Shown in pieces: positions 1 through 9,901 of a stretch of DNA of 64,000 nucleotides; within the stretch, counting starts at the first letter, position 1; each line of letters opens with the position of its first letter. Location of the stretch: IMG/VR virus record IMGVR_UViG_3300014059_000008, positions 27,416 to 91,415 of that record, one strand, 5' to 3'. The notes under the pieces were generated by a model. The model did no database searches, was not told the origin of the DNA, and saw only the letters and a list, made by a program, of their open reading frames with translations. Both the position numbers and the translations under genes were made by a program. This DNA comes from a virus. Taxonomy: Duplodnaviria; Caudoviricetes.

Positions 1-212
1 GTCAGGATGGTAGGCCACAAGCGGCACCATCTGCTGCCCTGGCTCCACGTACAGACCGCGCGCCCGTGCTTCCTCTGCCGTGACTTGGTTAAGACCATTG
101 GCCCCATCGGCGCACACTGCAGCGCCCAGACCAGTGACCCGGATCACGTCCTCTTGTATCTCTGGCACTTGGCCCCATGCCAGCATCAATGCGAGTGCTT
201 CAGCCATCATCC

Positions 213-1151
213 TCAGCCTTTCTTGGCTGCTAGCTCCTGATGTGCCAGCGATGCCAGTGCAATTTCTTTGGCGAGCGGGTCGGGGAATGTCTCGGCCAAC
301 TCGCGGGTGAAAGTCTTGCGGTTCTTGGTGTCTACTCGCGTGCCATCTGGGCTTATGGAGTCCTCACCTGGGAATGGTAGGCCATGGAGCGCACCGAAGA
401 TCACAGGTGCTGCAGTGCGGCTTAGAACGCAGACCGCTATCTGAGGTTGCCATGGGTTTGGCATATCTGGATCTTGCGGGCAGAACTCAGCCACCGCTGC
501 CTTGCTAGACATGAGGGCGGACATCATCCCAGCAAACGTGTCACGCAGTAGCAGCAGCAGTCCGGAGCTTGCGGAGTCAACGCAGACATACAGCGTCCCC
601 GACCCGCGCTCATGCCGCTGCAGCAGCACCTTGCCGCCGTCCTGCAGAACATAGCGCCGCACGTGCTCGCCGATGTAGGAAGCTGAGGCCGGGAACGTGA
701 CGATCGGGCTGGGCGGTATGGGCGCGACTTGCTTTGCGATGAAGGCATTCACCACAACCATGCATCCGTCATTGGTTCTGCAGAACTCAAGCGCCTTTGC
801 CCATGATCTGCAGACCTCTTCATCATCTGCAGACGCATCAGGCGGCAGCACAAACCGCAGCTCGCTATCAGCCAGGATGTCTAGCTGTGCCCATTTGCCA
901 GTGGCCGCGCTCGACATGACAAACTCCGCGCTGACTTGCTTGTAACTGGCGCAGTCCTGCACGCTAGGCTCTAGGCTTCCCATGTTGCTTGCGTCGAACA
1001 TCTCACAAGCTCCATGGATCGCAGTCTCTGCAAAGCGCTCTCGCAGAACTACCAGCGGAACTAGCCGCCGGACGCGCTCTTTGACGCGATGCACACAGTC
1101 GCGGCAGTTTGATGCAGCTGGCTTCTCTTGCGTGGGTTGTTCCTCGGTCAT
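213..1151 (-). CDS. hypothetical protein (N-terminal CxxC)
   Basis: 312-aa ORF overlapping the stop of the upstream gene (ATGA coupling). Confidence 0.75.
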   Translation of the reverse strand: MTEEQPTQEKPAASNCRDCVHRVKERVRRLVPLVVLRERFAETAIHGACEMFDASNMGSLEPSVQDCASYKQVSAEFVMSSAATGKWAQLDILADSELRFVLPPDASADDEEVCRSWAKALEFCRTNDGCMVVVNAFIAKQVAPIPPSPIVTFPASASYIGEHVRRYVLQDGGKVLLQRHERGSGTLYVCVDSASSGLLLLLRDTFAGMMSALMSSKAAVAEFCPQDPDMPNPWQPQIAVCVLSRTAAPVIFGALHGLPFPGEDSISPDGTRVDTKNRKTFTRELAETFPDPLAKEIALASLAHQELAAKKG

Positions 1152-1594
1152 TTCTTTTTCTTCCTGCCGCGCACTTTACTAAAGCTCATCGAGTGGCGGA
1201 CTTCGCTAGGGTCTGGGGGTCGCTTGTTAGACGATGGCTTTAGCGCAGCGGCCACGATCTTCTTGCGCATGCACTCCTCGGCTATCTTCCTGCAGTGCGC
1301 CAAGACTTCTGGGTCGCTTGCCGCAAAGACGATGATGCTGGCAAGCGAGTTCATGGCGAACCTGTGCTGAAAGGACCACATCCTCATGACGCCATTGGAG
1401 CGCTGAAATAGATGGCATAGGTGCTTGTACCCATATGCCCAATACTGCCGAGCACCTGGGCGCAGCTTCTCACGCACTGGAACGTCGATGCAGATCTTGG
1501 CGCTGATTCGTGATGACTTGTTCGGGTCTTCGTTAGTGACCCCGCTCTCAGCATCATCGAACGGGGTCTTCTTCTTGACGGGTGTGAATGCCAT
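1148..1594 (-). CDS. hypothetical basic protein
   Basis: 148-aa ORF starting 8 nt after a promoter-like element. Confidence 0.7.
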   Translation of the reverse strand: MAFTPVKKKTPFDDAESGVTNEDPNKSSRISAKICIDVPVREKLRPGARQYWAYGYKHLCHLFQRSNGVMRMWSFQHRFAMNSLASIIVFAASDPEVLAHCRKIAEECMRKKIVAAALKPSSNKRPPDPSEVRHSMSFSKVRGRKKKK

Positions 1595-1602
1595 GTTGAC
1601 GC

Positions 1603-1631
1603 AGCTTGGCAGGCTGTGTTTAGCGCGTCAA
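1603..1631 (-). promoter_or_regulatory. sigma70-type promoter, probably leaderless
   Basis: TTGACG-17nt-CAAGCT, then 8 nt to ATG at 1594. Confidence 0.6.
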
Positions 1632-2266
1632 GCTGGGAGTTTCAGATCGTAGCTGTAGAAGTCGGTGGTTGATCCGACTCCTGAGTCAACGCGCGCCACG
1701 TAGTCGAACACCTCTTGCAGGCGGCGACGATGCACGTCGTCAATGGCGCGAGCTAGGTCATCTCCTTCTAGGACTGGCGTGATGGCTCCCCGCATGTGGC
1801 CCTTACCGGCCCAGAACGCACAGGCAATGATCGCCCCGCTGCCAGATGCCGCCAGCTCAGTCTCTGGAATCAGATCAATCGTAAGGTCCCGTCCCACTTC
1901 GTAGACATCTGAGTTGATGGCCACCACAAGCGAGAGCAGGTAGCAGCCCGTGCCTCCAGCTTGCTTCTGCACTTCCGCGCCATTGGCCTCTACGATGGAT
2001 TTGATGCCATCGACTAGACCGTAAATGGTCGGCGCTTCGGCGTAGCTCTGCAGTAGCTTTGCTTGGTTGCGCGGGTCCTTCAGGAGCGTCAGCATGCGCA
2101 TGTCACCGCAGACCCCAAGCACGATGTCGGAGATCTGGCCAGCTGCTTTACTGCTCAGCACGATCGTCTTGGTTTGGTCGCGCTCAATCGTAGATCCGCA
2201 CGTAACCCGCCGGTCACTGCAGAAGTACGCTTTCCCGTTTGCTCGTATCGCTAGGATCAATGACAT
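1628..2266 (-). CDS. Ntn-hydrolase, proteasome beta/HslV-like peptidase
   Basis: N-terminal (M)SLILAI with Ser at the nucleophile position, SDRRVT, a downstream K and an ASGSG motif. Confidence 0.75.
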   Translation of the reverse strand: MSLILAIRANGKAYFCSDRRVTCGSTIERDQTKTIVLSSKAAGQISDIVLGVCGDMRMLTLLKDPRNQAKLLQSYAEAPTIYGLVDGIKSIVEANGAEVQKQAGGTGCYLLSLVVAINSDVYEVGRDLTIDLIPETELAASGSGAIIACAFWAGKGHMRGAITPVLEGDDLARAIDDVHRRRLQEVFDYVARVDSGVGSTTDFYSYDLKLPA

Positions 2267-2296
2267 CAGACGTTCCTCGGTTTGTTGTTGTGCTCG

Positions 2297-2653
2297 CTAT
2301 GGAGCGGTAGTGATGCGCGTAACAGTGCCGCACTGTTGCCAGTACCCAGCATTGCAGATGGCGCGGCGTACTTTCTGCGCAGCTCGTAGGCCAGCGTCTT
2401 TTGTGCGTGAGCCAATTGGTATCCAGTAGCTAGTGACAGTGGTTATTTCTGGCAGCGGCTCATTGAGTTTACTTCCAGGCACTTTGGATAAGACCTTATC
2501 GGCTATTGCCATGATTGCAGCTGTGCATGGTGCGCTCGTGCATTCCTTGACCACAACCAAGACAAACTCGGCCATGGCGTCTGGCATCTCTTCGATCTTG
2601 ATCTCGATGCGCATGCGTTCCTTGTGGTGAGTGCGCCCGCATGCCGTGGTCAT
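2297..2653 (-). CDS. hypothetical protein
   Basis: 118-aa ORF in the gene string. Confidence 0.55.
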   Translation of the reverse strand: MTTACGRTHHKERMRIEIKIEEMPDAMAEFVLVVVKECTSAPCTAAIMAIADKVLSKVPGSKLNEPLPEITTVTSYWIPIGSRTKDAGLRAAQKVRRAICNAGYWQQCGTVTRITTAP

Positions 2654-2673
2654 TTGGCATGCGGGGAGGTTAG

Positions 2674-3393
2674 CTACTCGACTGGCTTAGCTTCCGAGTG
2701 AGGTTCATCGCGCTTGGTGATGTCTGGGCATTTGATGTCATCCAGCACAACCGCAAGATGCAACCCCTTTGCCTTGCAGTACGCGAAAAGGGCCTCAACT
2801 TTGGCCAGCGCCTCGCTCGCTCCCTTGCTGTTAGTCGCAGCAAGCAAGCGATTCCAATTATCGTCGTCGGTGTCCGTAATGCACTGTAGTGTTCCTAGCT
2901 TGGTTGCCAGCTCCTCGATACGCTTCTCTTGCCGCTTGATGATCTTTTCCAGCGCTTTTGTGCTTGGCTTGTCTGAGAGAATAGTGCCGACCTGCAGTTC
3001 GGGCGCGATAAATCCCCGAGCTGGCTCGTGCAGCGCGCGAATCTTTGCCGCAGCTTCCTGGGTCTGGCTCAGAGTGTCCAGGCCAATACTTTTATTGGTG
3101 TCGCTTAACGAGCTCTCGATGCCTTCTTGTTTCTTCTCTTCCATGGTCTTTCTCTCCTCGTTTAAAGCCCAGCAATCAGCGCAGTCTAGTGAATCAGTGC
3201 CGCCGGAACTCCAGGGCACCATGCGCCGACAACTTGGGCAGGTGAATAGTCCACAATGTCTGCAGCCGTGTACCGTCGTGCATGCCCAGCAACATCCTTT
3301 GGTTATGCGCTTTGGCTTTCCGGTAACGCTTGGCCTCGTATTGATTATGCTGACTCGGCGGAACGTGGGGTTAATCAGTGCGTGCATTTTCAA
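2674..3393 (-). CDS. hypothetical protein, Cys-rich Zn-binding N-terminus plus coiled coil
   Basis: CxxC clusters followed by a helical region. Confidence 0.6.
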   Translation of the reverse strand: MKMHALINPTFRRVSIINTRPSVTGKPKRITKGCCWACTTVHGCRHCGLFTCPSCRRMVPWSSGGTDSLDCADCWALNEERKTMEEKKQEGIESSLSDTNKSIGLDTLSQTQEAAAKIRALHEPARGFIAPELQVGTILSDKPSTKALEKIIKRQEKRIEELATKLGTLQCITDTDDDNWNRLLAATNSKGASEALAKVEALFAYCKAKGLHLAVVLDDIKCPDITKRDEPHSEAKPVE

Positions 3394-3598
3394 TCACTTC
3401 CATCCAATCAGGTTCTACTGAGTAGCCGCCTGTTTTTCCTTTGACCAGTACAACTGGCGTCCCATGGCCGAGCGCCCAGCACGGGCTACGGGTCACGGTG
3501 TCGAATGTCTGCGCAGGTTGCCCATTGCCAGCCTGTACCGATGTAACTCGTACGGCGGTTCCGATCGGGTGGGTGGCGTTCCATTGTTCTGGGGTCAT
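3371..3598 (-). CDS. small phage hypothetical protein
   Basis: WNATHPIGTAV...TRSPCWALGHGTPVV pattern; coupled start and stop. Confidence 0.7.
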   Translation of the reverse strand: MTPEQWNATHPIGTAVRVTSVQAGNGQPAQTFDTVTRSPCWALGHGTPVVLVKGKTGGYSVEPDWMEVIENARTD

Positions 3599-4041
3599 GA
3601 TTCATCCTGCCCACGAAAGCACGAGTCCAGGTCTTTGCCATCGACGTTGCGCAGATTCGTGAAGTCTGGCTTGATCGCTACCAGTGGCCGCGTAGGTCGC
3701 GCTGCGGCTCGTGCAAATTTGCGGCGGATTAGACGGGCGATCTTGTTTGGGTTCATGACTCCCAGGAACTTGGTCACGATCTCGGCAAGCACGCGCTCGG
3801 CTGGCATCCGGTACACCAGCGGCGCTCTTGCTCTCTTGATCTTGGAAATCAGCTTGCGGACTTCCTTGCCTGAGACATGCCCCATGGACGTGCGCATGGC
3901 GCGGAGTTCGCACACAGCGTTCTCTAGGTGCTGCTTTAACTCTTGGGCGCCGACGATCTTCAGCGAGATCTGAACCTTGTACTCGCGCGGCCTTTGCGCG
4001 TCGGCTGGGTAGCGGATGAATGGGTAGTTGATGTCGTTCAT
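3595..4041 (-). CDS. hypothetical protein
   Basis: 148-aa ORF with overlapping start/stop coupling. Confidence 0.65.
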   Translation of the reverse strand: MNDINYPFIRYPADAQRPREYKVQISLKIVGAQELKQHLENAVCELRAMRTSMGHVSGKEVRKLISKIKRARAPLVYRMPAERVLAEIVTKFLGVMNPNKIARLIRRKFARAAARPTRPLVAIKPDFTNLRNVDGKDLDSCFRGQDES

Positions 4042-4244
4042 CAGCCCCTCTGCTTATGCCCACAGAACGGGCAGAAGTTGATGTACACCGTGGACTTATC
4101 AGGACGGCGCAGCGCTATCCCTGATATGCGCGTGGCCCCTGTGGTTAGGCTTGTCAGCTCGACCTCATGCAATCCACCGCGTGTGCTGTTCACTTGGTTC
4201 AAGCTGCTGCGTAGATGGTCGCAGCAGATTCCGTCATCAGGCAT
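4041..4244 (-). CDS. small Zn-ribbon protein
   Basis: CC...INFCPFCG motif. Confidence 0.7.
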   Translation of the reverse strand: MPDDGICCDHLRSSLNQVNSTRGGLHEVELTSLTTGATRISGIALRRPDKSTVYINFCPFCGHKQRG

Positions 4245-4247
4245 GGG

Positions 4248-4649
4248 CTATTCCTTCCACTTGTAATCTTCCCAATACTCATCAGCCGTCACCTTGGCCC
4301 ACTCCTCAGCAGAAGCTGGCAGACGCTTGACGACATCGGTTAGGACTTCCACCATTTCCATGTGGCGCTCATTGCATCCGCAATAGTCTGTCGGTGTCAC
4401 TAAATCACCAGGGCTGCATGCGCATGGTGACATCGTTTGAGCTAGCAGAGTCACTGCATCTTTGATCGCCGTGTCTTTGGTGAGGCGGCGCTTCTGCTGC
4501 GTGTACTTTCTAGGCGGCGCTCGGTAGACGGTGCATGTCTCAGTCGTGATGTCGAGCGCTTCGCTGACCGACTGCCAGTTCATTGTCTTTTGGCTCATGC
4601 TCCAAGCTCCGTGACAACTACCTGCATCGCTCTGCGGACTAGGGGCCAC
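4248..4649 (-). CDS. hypothetical protein (true start probably MSQK near 4598)
   Basis: ORF in the coupled gene string. Confidence 0.6.
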   Translation of the reverse strand: MAPSPQSDAGSCHGAWSMSQKTMNWQSVSEALDITTETCTVYRAPPRKYTQQKRRLTKDTAIKDAVTLLAQTMSPCACSPGDLVTPTDYCGCNERHMEMVEVLTDVVKRLPASAEEWAKVTADEYWEDYKWKE

Positions 4650-5245
4650 ATGGACGACATGAAATTACGGATGCCTGACTCGTATGTCGTGTGGCAATAC
4701 CACTCATAGGTTTCAAGCCGAACATCGCCAAGTTCATTGCGCACCATCTCGATGTAGTCATCTAGAGAATCTACGCCGTAGACATCAAACGCATCGTCAT
4801 AGAGCTTGCGAGCCAGGTCTTTGGAAATGTGCATCGACTTGCGTAGTGCAATGATGTCCGTGGTGATATTTCGGACCGTTGCAACTTCGTCAAACACTTC
4901 TGGCCTACTGCTATTCAGCTTGCCAGTAAGGTAAGGCGTATTCATCTGCAGTAGGTGATCAAGAAACGTAGTCTTACCTCCCGTGTCTTGCCACCGATAA
5001 GCCCACGTCCCATGAGAGGAGTGAACGCTCAGCAAGTACGTGCTGTCGATCGTGACCACCGCATAGTCGCCATCGAGCCGGAAGGTGAAGCGCATGACCA
5101 TGATGTCGCTTGGTCCGCTGAGTTTGCCCATGCTCAGCACTGCGGACATTTCCTTGGTTAGCAGGTGGTTAATGGTTGCGCAAAAGGCGTCAAACCATGC
5201 TGCGTTTAAGCTCCCTGGGAATATTGCAGGTTTCAGTAGAGACAT
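4595..5245 (-). CDS. hypothetical phage protein
   Basis: 216-aa ORF with GGGAGG RBS. Confidence 0.7.
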   Translation of the reverse strand: MSLLKPAIFPGSLNAAWFDAFCATINHLLTKEMSAVLSMGKLSGPSDIMVMRFTFRLDGDYAVVTIDSTYLLSVHSSHGTWAYRWQDTGGKTTFLDHLLQMNTPYLTGKLNSSRPEVFDEVATVRNITTDIIALRKSMHISKDLARKLYDDAFDVYGVDSLDDYIEMVRNELGDVRLETYEWYCHTTYESGIRNFMSSMWPLVRRAMQVVVTELGA

Positions 5246-5247
5246 GA

Positions 5248-5820
5248 CTAGCCCTCCCGCTGCATAAAGAAGTTACGGACTGCGATCATCTCGGCGTTGC
5301 GGTGCATGCTGTGAACAAAGATGAACGGCTGCTTTAGGTTGTGGCCATTGCAGGCGATGTAGTCTTCTGCTCCTTTTCGGGTAAGGAATGCAGCACAAAA
5401 CCAGTCGATATACTTGCAGCCCACGCGACGGAACGTGCGGCCACCGATCACCAGCGGTTCGTCTCCGTCATTACGTAGCCGATTCAGGACGACGGCTGTG
5501 TCTTTGTCTGCCTCTTCATAATCGCCATCGCTATCACTCACCCAGATCCAAAAGTCTTCATAGCCAGACTCAAGGCCATCAACGCGCTGCTTTTGGAAGA
5601 CAACGAACAGCGGGTCCTGGGTGGCTGCATTGTCCTGTGTCTTCAGGTTGGCGCTCATCTGGCGCAGTAGGTCTTCATTTGTATGCGCAACTGTCATGTG
5701 TACTGGCTCCGCGCTCTGTGGTTTCAGGCCCATCTCATCTAGGTATTCCGGTGTAGCTACCAGCTCTTTGGGGTAGGACGTGATGATGACACTGCCGCCG
5801 GGTTGTTCTTCGGTTGCCAT
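5248..5820 (-). CDS. Ead/Ea22-like phage protein
   Basis: TQDNxATxDPLFVVFQK and FLTRKGAEDYIACNGHNLKQPFIFVHS motifs; start moved to MATEEQ. Confidence 0.65.
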   Translation of the reverse strand: MATEEQPGGSVIITSYPKELVATPEYLDEMGLKPQSAEPVHMTVAHTNEDLLRQMSANLKTQDNAATQDPLFVVFQKQRVDGLESGYEDFWIWVSDSDGDYEEADKDTAVVLNRLRNDGDEPLVIGGRTFRRVGCKYIDWFCAAFLTRKGAEDYIACNGHNLKQPFIFVHSMHRNAEMIAVRNFFMQREG

Positions 5821-5822
5821 GG

Positions 5823-6107
5823 CTATCCTTGTTCTTTCTCTTGTGGCAACACTTCGGCCAACACTCCAAGAGGCAATGCATCCTTTGCTATTTCTTTGAC
5901 GGTCTGAATTACGCTCTCGTGACACCTGATAATTACAATTCCGGTTCCAGTTGGCCCATGCTTCACATCTACGCCGTGGTCCGTCATCGTCAAATTGAAT
6001 AGCTTTTGGTTGATGCGAATGCGCAAGTCATCAATAGATCCAGGAAGGATGACGCTATCGCACCAATCGGATAGCTCTTTCTTCAGCTCTGCGACTGTTC
6101 TTCCCAT
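5823..6107 (-). CDS. hypothetical protein
   Basis: 94-aa ORF with RBS. Confidence 0.6.
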   Translation of the reverse strand: MGRTVAELKKELSDWCDSVILPGSIDDLRIRINQKLFNLTMTDHGVDVKHGPTGTGIVIIRCHESVIQTVKEIAKDALPLGVLAEVLPQEKEQG

Positions 6108-6110
6108 GCC

Positions 6111-6305
6111 CTACTCCCCGCCCTCATCCGAAGCATCGTCCACGCAGTAATCCGCTGCCGACTTGCCGCGAATCAGCTCCTGCCGCCCAGTCCGCCGATT
6201 TGCCCGAGCATCAATCGCCTTGGCTCTGCTGCGGTCTGGCGAGTTCCTGCGAGTGCCACCGTGGATCTTGCCGCTCAGCTTCTCAACCTTGATCTGTCCG
6301 TTCAT
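6111..6305 (-). CDS. small basic protein
   Basis: 64-aa ORF with GGCAGGAG RBS, first gene after a promoter. Confidence 0.6.
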   Translation of the reverse strand: MNGQIKVEKLSGKIHGGTRRNSPDRSRAKAIDARANRRTGRQELIRGKSAADYCVDDASDEGGE

Positions 6306-6341
6306 CTTGTTTACTCCTGCCGGGGTTGACGTGATGACACT

Positions 6342-6385
6342 GGTGTAGTTTGTTTTCTCCGGGGTTGCAAGTCTTTTTGTGCAAT
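6342..6385 (-). promoter_or_regulatory. promoter with upstream A-tract in a divergent intergenic region
   Basis: TTGCACAAAAAGAC-TTGCAA-17nt-TACACC. Confidence 0.6.
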
Positions 6386-6411
6386 TATTTTAGCCGTAGC
6401 AAATCGCTACA

Positions 6412-7713
6412 ATGTTGTCCCAAAATGCTACGGTTGTGGCGTTGCATATGGGGCACTACCGAGTGAGCGCGTACTTGGCACAGCGCATGCGTATAGCCTA
6501 CGCCGAACCGTTAAACGTCCCATCTTGGGACATAGGAGCTGCGATGTTGAAGGATGTGCTGCGAGAGTTTGCATTGGCTGTTAAAGAGAAGGCTGGCGAT
6601 GTGGCCGATGCGCTGGCGGGTGCCGAGAAAACGCATGTGGTGTCGGAGCGCGCTGAGGTATTCAGGATTCCGATGCCTGATGGCGTTCCACTCCTAGCGC
6701 GAGTGACCACCAAGAGGCTGCGTGTAACGTATGACGGGATGCGAGATCCGCATCAATACAACTGCTACGAGATCTCTACTGCGGATAGTCGCGGCTGTAC
6801 CGTAAGTGGGCCAGGTCCTTTGTCTGATGTTCTGGGTCGGTTCATCTTCCGCGCGACCGGCGAATGCGACTACCTGCGAGTACGGCCAAGCGCTCTGACC
6901 TGCAGCGAGTGCGGTGGATGCGGCATTCTGGGCACTGAGCGCTGCAAGGTTTGCCGTGGGTCTGGCATGCTTCCGATTCGCGAGTGCATCCGGCACATTG
7001 CATTGAATCTGCAGAAGGCAGTTCCGGTAGATGACCACGATGCGCTCATGCACGTGGCCAACGCTGCCATGTTTGAGACTGACGAGTTTTATTCGATAGT
7101 GAGCGCAGAGTGGAAACAGGGCGGACCACTTGAGCTGCTGGATGCAATGCGCGCATGCGTGATCTTTTATCTTGGCGCGCTCGCACGGGTGAAAAGCATA
7201 GGGAATGTTCCGCAATTCAAGGCCTGTGACGCTGTACCTCCAAGCCCTATCACCTACTGCCAATTCCTGATGGAGAAAGCAGCAAAGGCAGTGGGCAAGT
7301 ATGCCGAGATGGTGCATAGCGTGACTCGCTCTATTCCGTACCACCGCTCCGAGTCTGCCCGCTTCATGGTCCTGATGGGCCTGGAGTCTCAGTCTGGCGG
7401 GCTAACGGTGGACAAGTTGGGCATGACGATCTTCACCGAGGTCCGTCCCGATGGCAGCGTCAACGTGCAGGACGCATGGTCGCCAGAGTTCTTCCGGCAT
7501 GTGCTGGCGGATACCGGGTCGCAGCTGCATGGCAATCTGCTAGCCGAGTACTGCGCTCGGGTTAGCGAAGTGACCTGGGCCATCGAGAGCACCGCGCAAA
7601 AGGCTGGGATGCTTCCAGGCGAATCGCTGGCGGCATTTATCGAGCGGCTGCGCACCGAGCGCAACGAAGCACAAGACAAGCTGGCGGAAGCGCTAGAGAC
7701 ACTAAACGGCTAA
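6412..7713 (+). CDS. hypothetical protein with DnaJ-like Zn finger and C-terminal repeat module
   Basis: CSECGGCG...CKVCRGSG; ends with GMLPGESLAAFIERL. Confidence 0.75.
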   Translation: MLSQNATVVALHMGHYRVSAYLAQRMRIAYAEPLNVPSWDIGAAMLKDVLREFALAVKEKAGDVADALAGAEKTHVVSERAEVFRIPMPDGVPLLARVTTKRLRVTYDGMRDPHQYNCYEISTADSRGCTVSGPGPLSDVLGRFIFRATGECDYLRVRPSALTCSECGGCGILGTERCKVCRGSGMLPIRECIRHIALNLQKAVPVDDHDALMHVANAAMFETDEFYSIVSAEWKQGGPLELLDAMRACVIFYLGALARVKSIGNVPQFKACDAVPPSPITYCQFLMEKAAKAVGKYAEMVHSVTRSIPYHRSESARFMVLMGLESQSGGLTVDKLGMTIFTEVRPDGSVNVQDAWSPEFFRHVLADTGSQLHGNLLAEYCARVSEVTWAIESTAQKAGMLPGESLAAFIERLRTERNEAQDKLAEALETLNG

Positions 7714-7740
7714 ACGGACACAGGACCTAGGGAGACGACT

Positions 7741-8508
7741 ATGAACGCGAAAACCATGTCGCTAGTACTTGATCGCAACGAACAATCGACGAGAACCATT
7801 GCGGAGCTGAAGCGATTGCTTCAGGAAAGCAACAACAGCTTCATTCGACTGCAGGCTCTAGTTGGATGCGGCCACCTAGATAAAGAGCAGACCGAGGCAG
7901 CGATCAAGACCATGATGGCCGAGCGTGAGAAGCTGGCCATTACCGGGCGCGAACACGCAGCCCTGATTAGCTCTCTCGATGAAGTTCCCCTTGGACAGGA
8001 CGATGGTGAATCCTACGCGGCGTATGCGCTGCGAGTCGGCGATGCGATGCGGGCGCTTAAAGACGACAAGAGCACGCTGCAGAAGGATCTTCACGAGGCC
8101 CGACTAGAGAATGGTCACAACTTATCGGTGGCCAAGGGACTGCAGCGGATCGTGGAGAATCGTGACGCTCAGATCGCACAGCTTAATGAATCTGCATCCT
8201 CTCTAGCTTCAGCGCTGACTCTTCTCGGGACCATGCACGATGGCGAGCTTGCAAACGAGTTTGTCAGTCGCATGGCCGATGAAAAGAAGCGGGTCACGCA
8301 GAAGCTCGACTTGATAGCCAAGGTCATTGAGCAGCTTCCCGACTCGATGCGGATGCAGCACGGGGAGACGTACGAGCCGTTCCTGCGGCGCATTCAGAAT
8401 TCGTATGTCGCTAATGAAGCAACTATTGCCCGCTACGAAGCTACGATCGAGTCGCTCAAGAACCGCGACGCATCCGGCGGACCCATTCGCAGACAAGCGC
8501 CCAAGTAG
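7741..8508 (+). CDS. coiled-coil protein with three repeat modules
   Basis: GGAG RBS; heptad character; GESYAAYALRV, GELANEFVSRM, GETYEPFLRRI. Confidence 0.75.
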   Translation: MNAKTMSLVLDRNEQSTRTIAELKRLLQESNNSFIRLQALVGCGHLDKEQTEAAIKTMMAEREKLAITGREHAALISSLDEVPLGQDDGESYAAYALRVGDAMRALKDDKSTLQKDLHEARLENGHNLSVAKGLQRIVENRDAQIAQLNESASSLASALTLLGTMHDGELANEFVSRMADEKKRVTQKLDLIAKVIEQLPDSMRMQHGETYEPFLRRIQNSYVANEATIARYEATIESLKNRDASGGPIRRQAPK

Positions 8509-8564
8509 CAGCCGCCACAACGACCTACCCTAGACTCGCCAGCTTCATGTGGCACACTTCACCC

Positions 8565-9053
8565 ATGAAGCTACTTCCCCTTCTACTTCTCCCCCTACTC
8601 ACATGCTGCGGCAGATCCTGGGACCTAGACCGCCCTGTCCGTGTTTCTGTGCTTTCTCGCGAGCTAAGCGCTGTGGCCATTGCAGGCTACTTCGAGAGCG
8701 CAGTAAAGCAGCTTGGCGGTACCGTATCGCCCACGGCGGACCAAGTGGTCTACGTGCGATACAACGCCACTGCGGACTGCCGTGGATGCACAGAGCTTAC
8801 AGTCGAGCATGTGGCTTACCATGATGACGAGATCCAGATCCTGCCCCGCATCATGGCAGCGCCAGCAGACATCCTAGAGCACGTCATCGCTCATGGCCTG
8901 GGTCATGTGCTCGGGTATGAGCGACATCTTCCAGCTGGAAAGAAAGGGGTGATGATGGGGCTTTACGACAACGTGCCGCCGCCTAAGTCGCGGTACACAG
9001 CAGACGACTTGGCGGCGATTGGAACGGGGCGGGTTAGTGGCGGGGTGTTTTAG
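8565..9053 (+). CDS. matrixin/metzincin-like lipoprotein lacking the catalytic Glu
   Basis: Signal MKLLPLLLLPLLTCC; HGLGHVLGYERH; Met-turn GVMM; YTADDLAAI. Confidence 0.7.
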   Translation: MKLLPLLLLPLLTCCGRSWDLDRPVRVSVLSRELSAVAIAGYFESAVKQLGGTVSPTADQVVYVRYNATADCRGCTELTVEHVAYHDDEIQILPRIMAAPADILEHVIAHGLGHVLGYERHLPAGKKGVMMGLYDNVPPPKSRYTADDLAAIGTGRVSGGVF

Positions 9054-9868
9054 GGCTGGGGCGTGGGACCGGCGATTGCTGCGATGTCTGCAGCGACGTT
9101 GCCGATGTCATGGCCCGAAGCGTTGATTCGCTTCAGCAGCAGCATGCGCTTCCGTGCTGCCACGATCTGAATCTCTTTGTTGATCTCGGATGGCTCTAGG
9201 CCGACTGATAGGTATGCCGTTAGTGCTGCCCATTCCCATGCTGTAGTTTCTACGGAATTGAGCGCATCCCATGATGGATACTCTTCCTTTGCCAGCAACA
9301 TATATGACGCCCACGCATCATACGCAATCTGACCAAGTGGTTTATCGACGGCAGACCGGTACTTCATTGCTGCCTTATAGGCAGTCTCAGTTTCACGCAG
9401 CCGGTCAAGCTCACTAATACCAACGGCAGTCTCGACGCCGATATCTCCGAATGGCAGCGGACATCCAGCCGCTTCTGATGCCGCCTGATGGAACTCTTCC
9501 CGGTCTGCCTGCCCGTTTCCGATAATGCCGTGGCGCATGATCTTCCACTTGCGATCGGCAATGGCAATGCAGAAGTGGCCGTCATCGTCTTTTACGATTG
9601 ATAGGGGGCATGGTGCCGGATTGGATGGTGCATCCTGGGCCGGGTTGGGATCTGGCACTTCGCTTGGCTGCTGGGGATAGGGCTCCGATGTCCCTTCCAT
9701 CGCGCGCAATACTTCTGGCGAATCTAGCCCCGTAGTCGGGATGGTGATGCGATTAATCAGCAGGTCCTTTTCCCAGTCTTTGAGCCCACCGTGAGAGTCG
9801 ATGAACCGAACGATGTCGCCAATGAAGCTCGTGTCCTGTGGTTTTCCGAAGTGCTTATGGTTTCGCAT
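9050..9868 (-). CDS. hypothetical protein, paralog of 9902-10984
   Basis: Shared LGQIAY and AYLSV...IQxxAARKR blocks. Confidence 0.75.
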   Translation of the reverse strand: MRNHKHFGKPQDTSFIGDIVRFIDSHGGLKDWEKDLLINRITIPTTGLDSPEVLRAMEGTSEPYPQQPSEVPDPNPAQDAPSNPAPCPLSIVKDDDGHFCIAIADRKWKIMRHGIIGNGQADREEFHQAASEAAGCPLPFGDIGVETAVGISELDRLRETETAYKAAMKYRSAVDKPLGQIAYDAWASYMLLAKEEYPSWDALNSVETTAWEWAALTAYLSVGLEPSEINKEIQIVAARKRMLLLKRINASGHDIGNVAADIAAIAGPTPQP

Positions 9869-9901
9869 TGCCGTTCCTTTGGTGTTGGGTTTATTGGCGA
9901 T

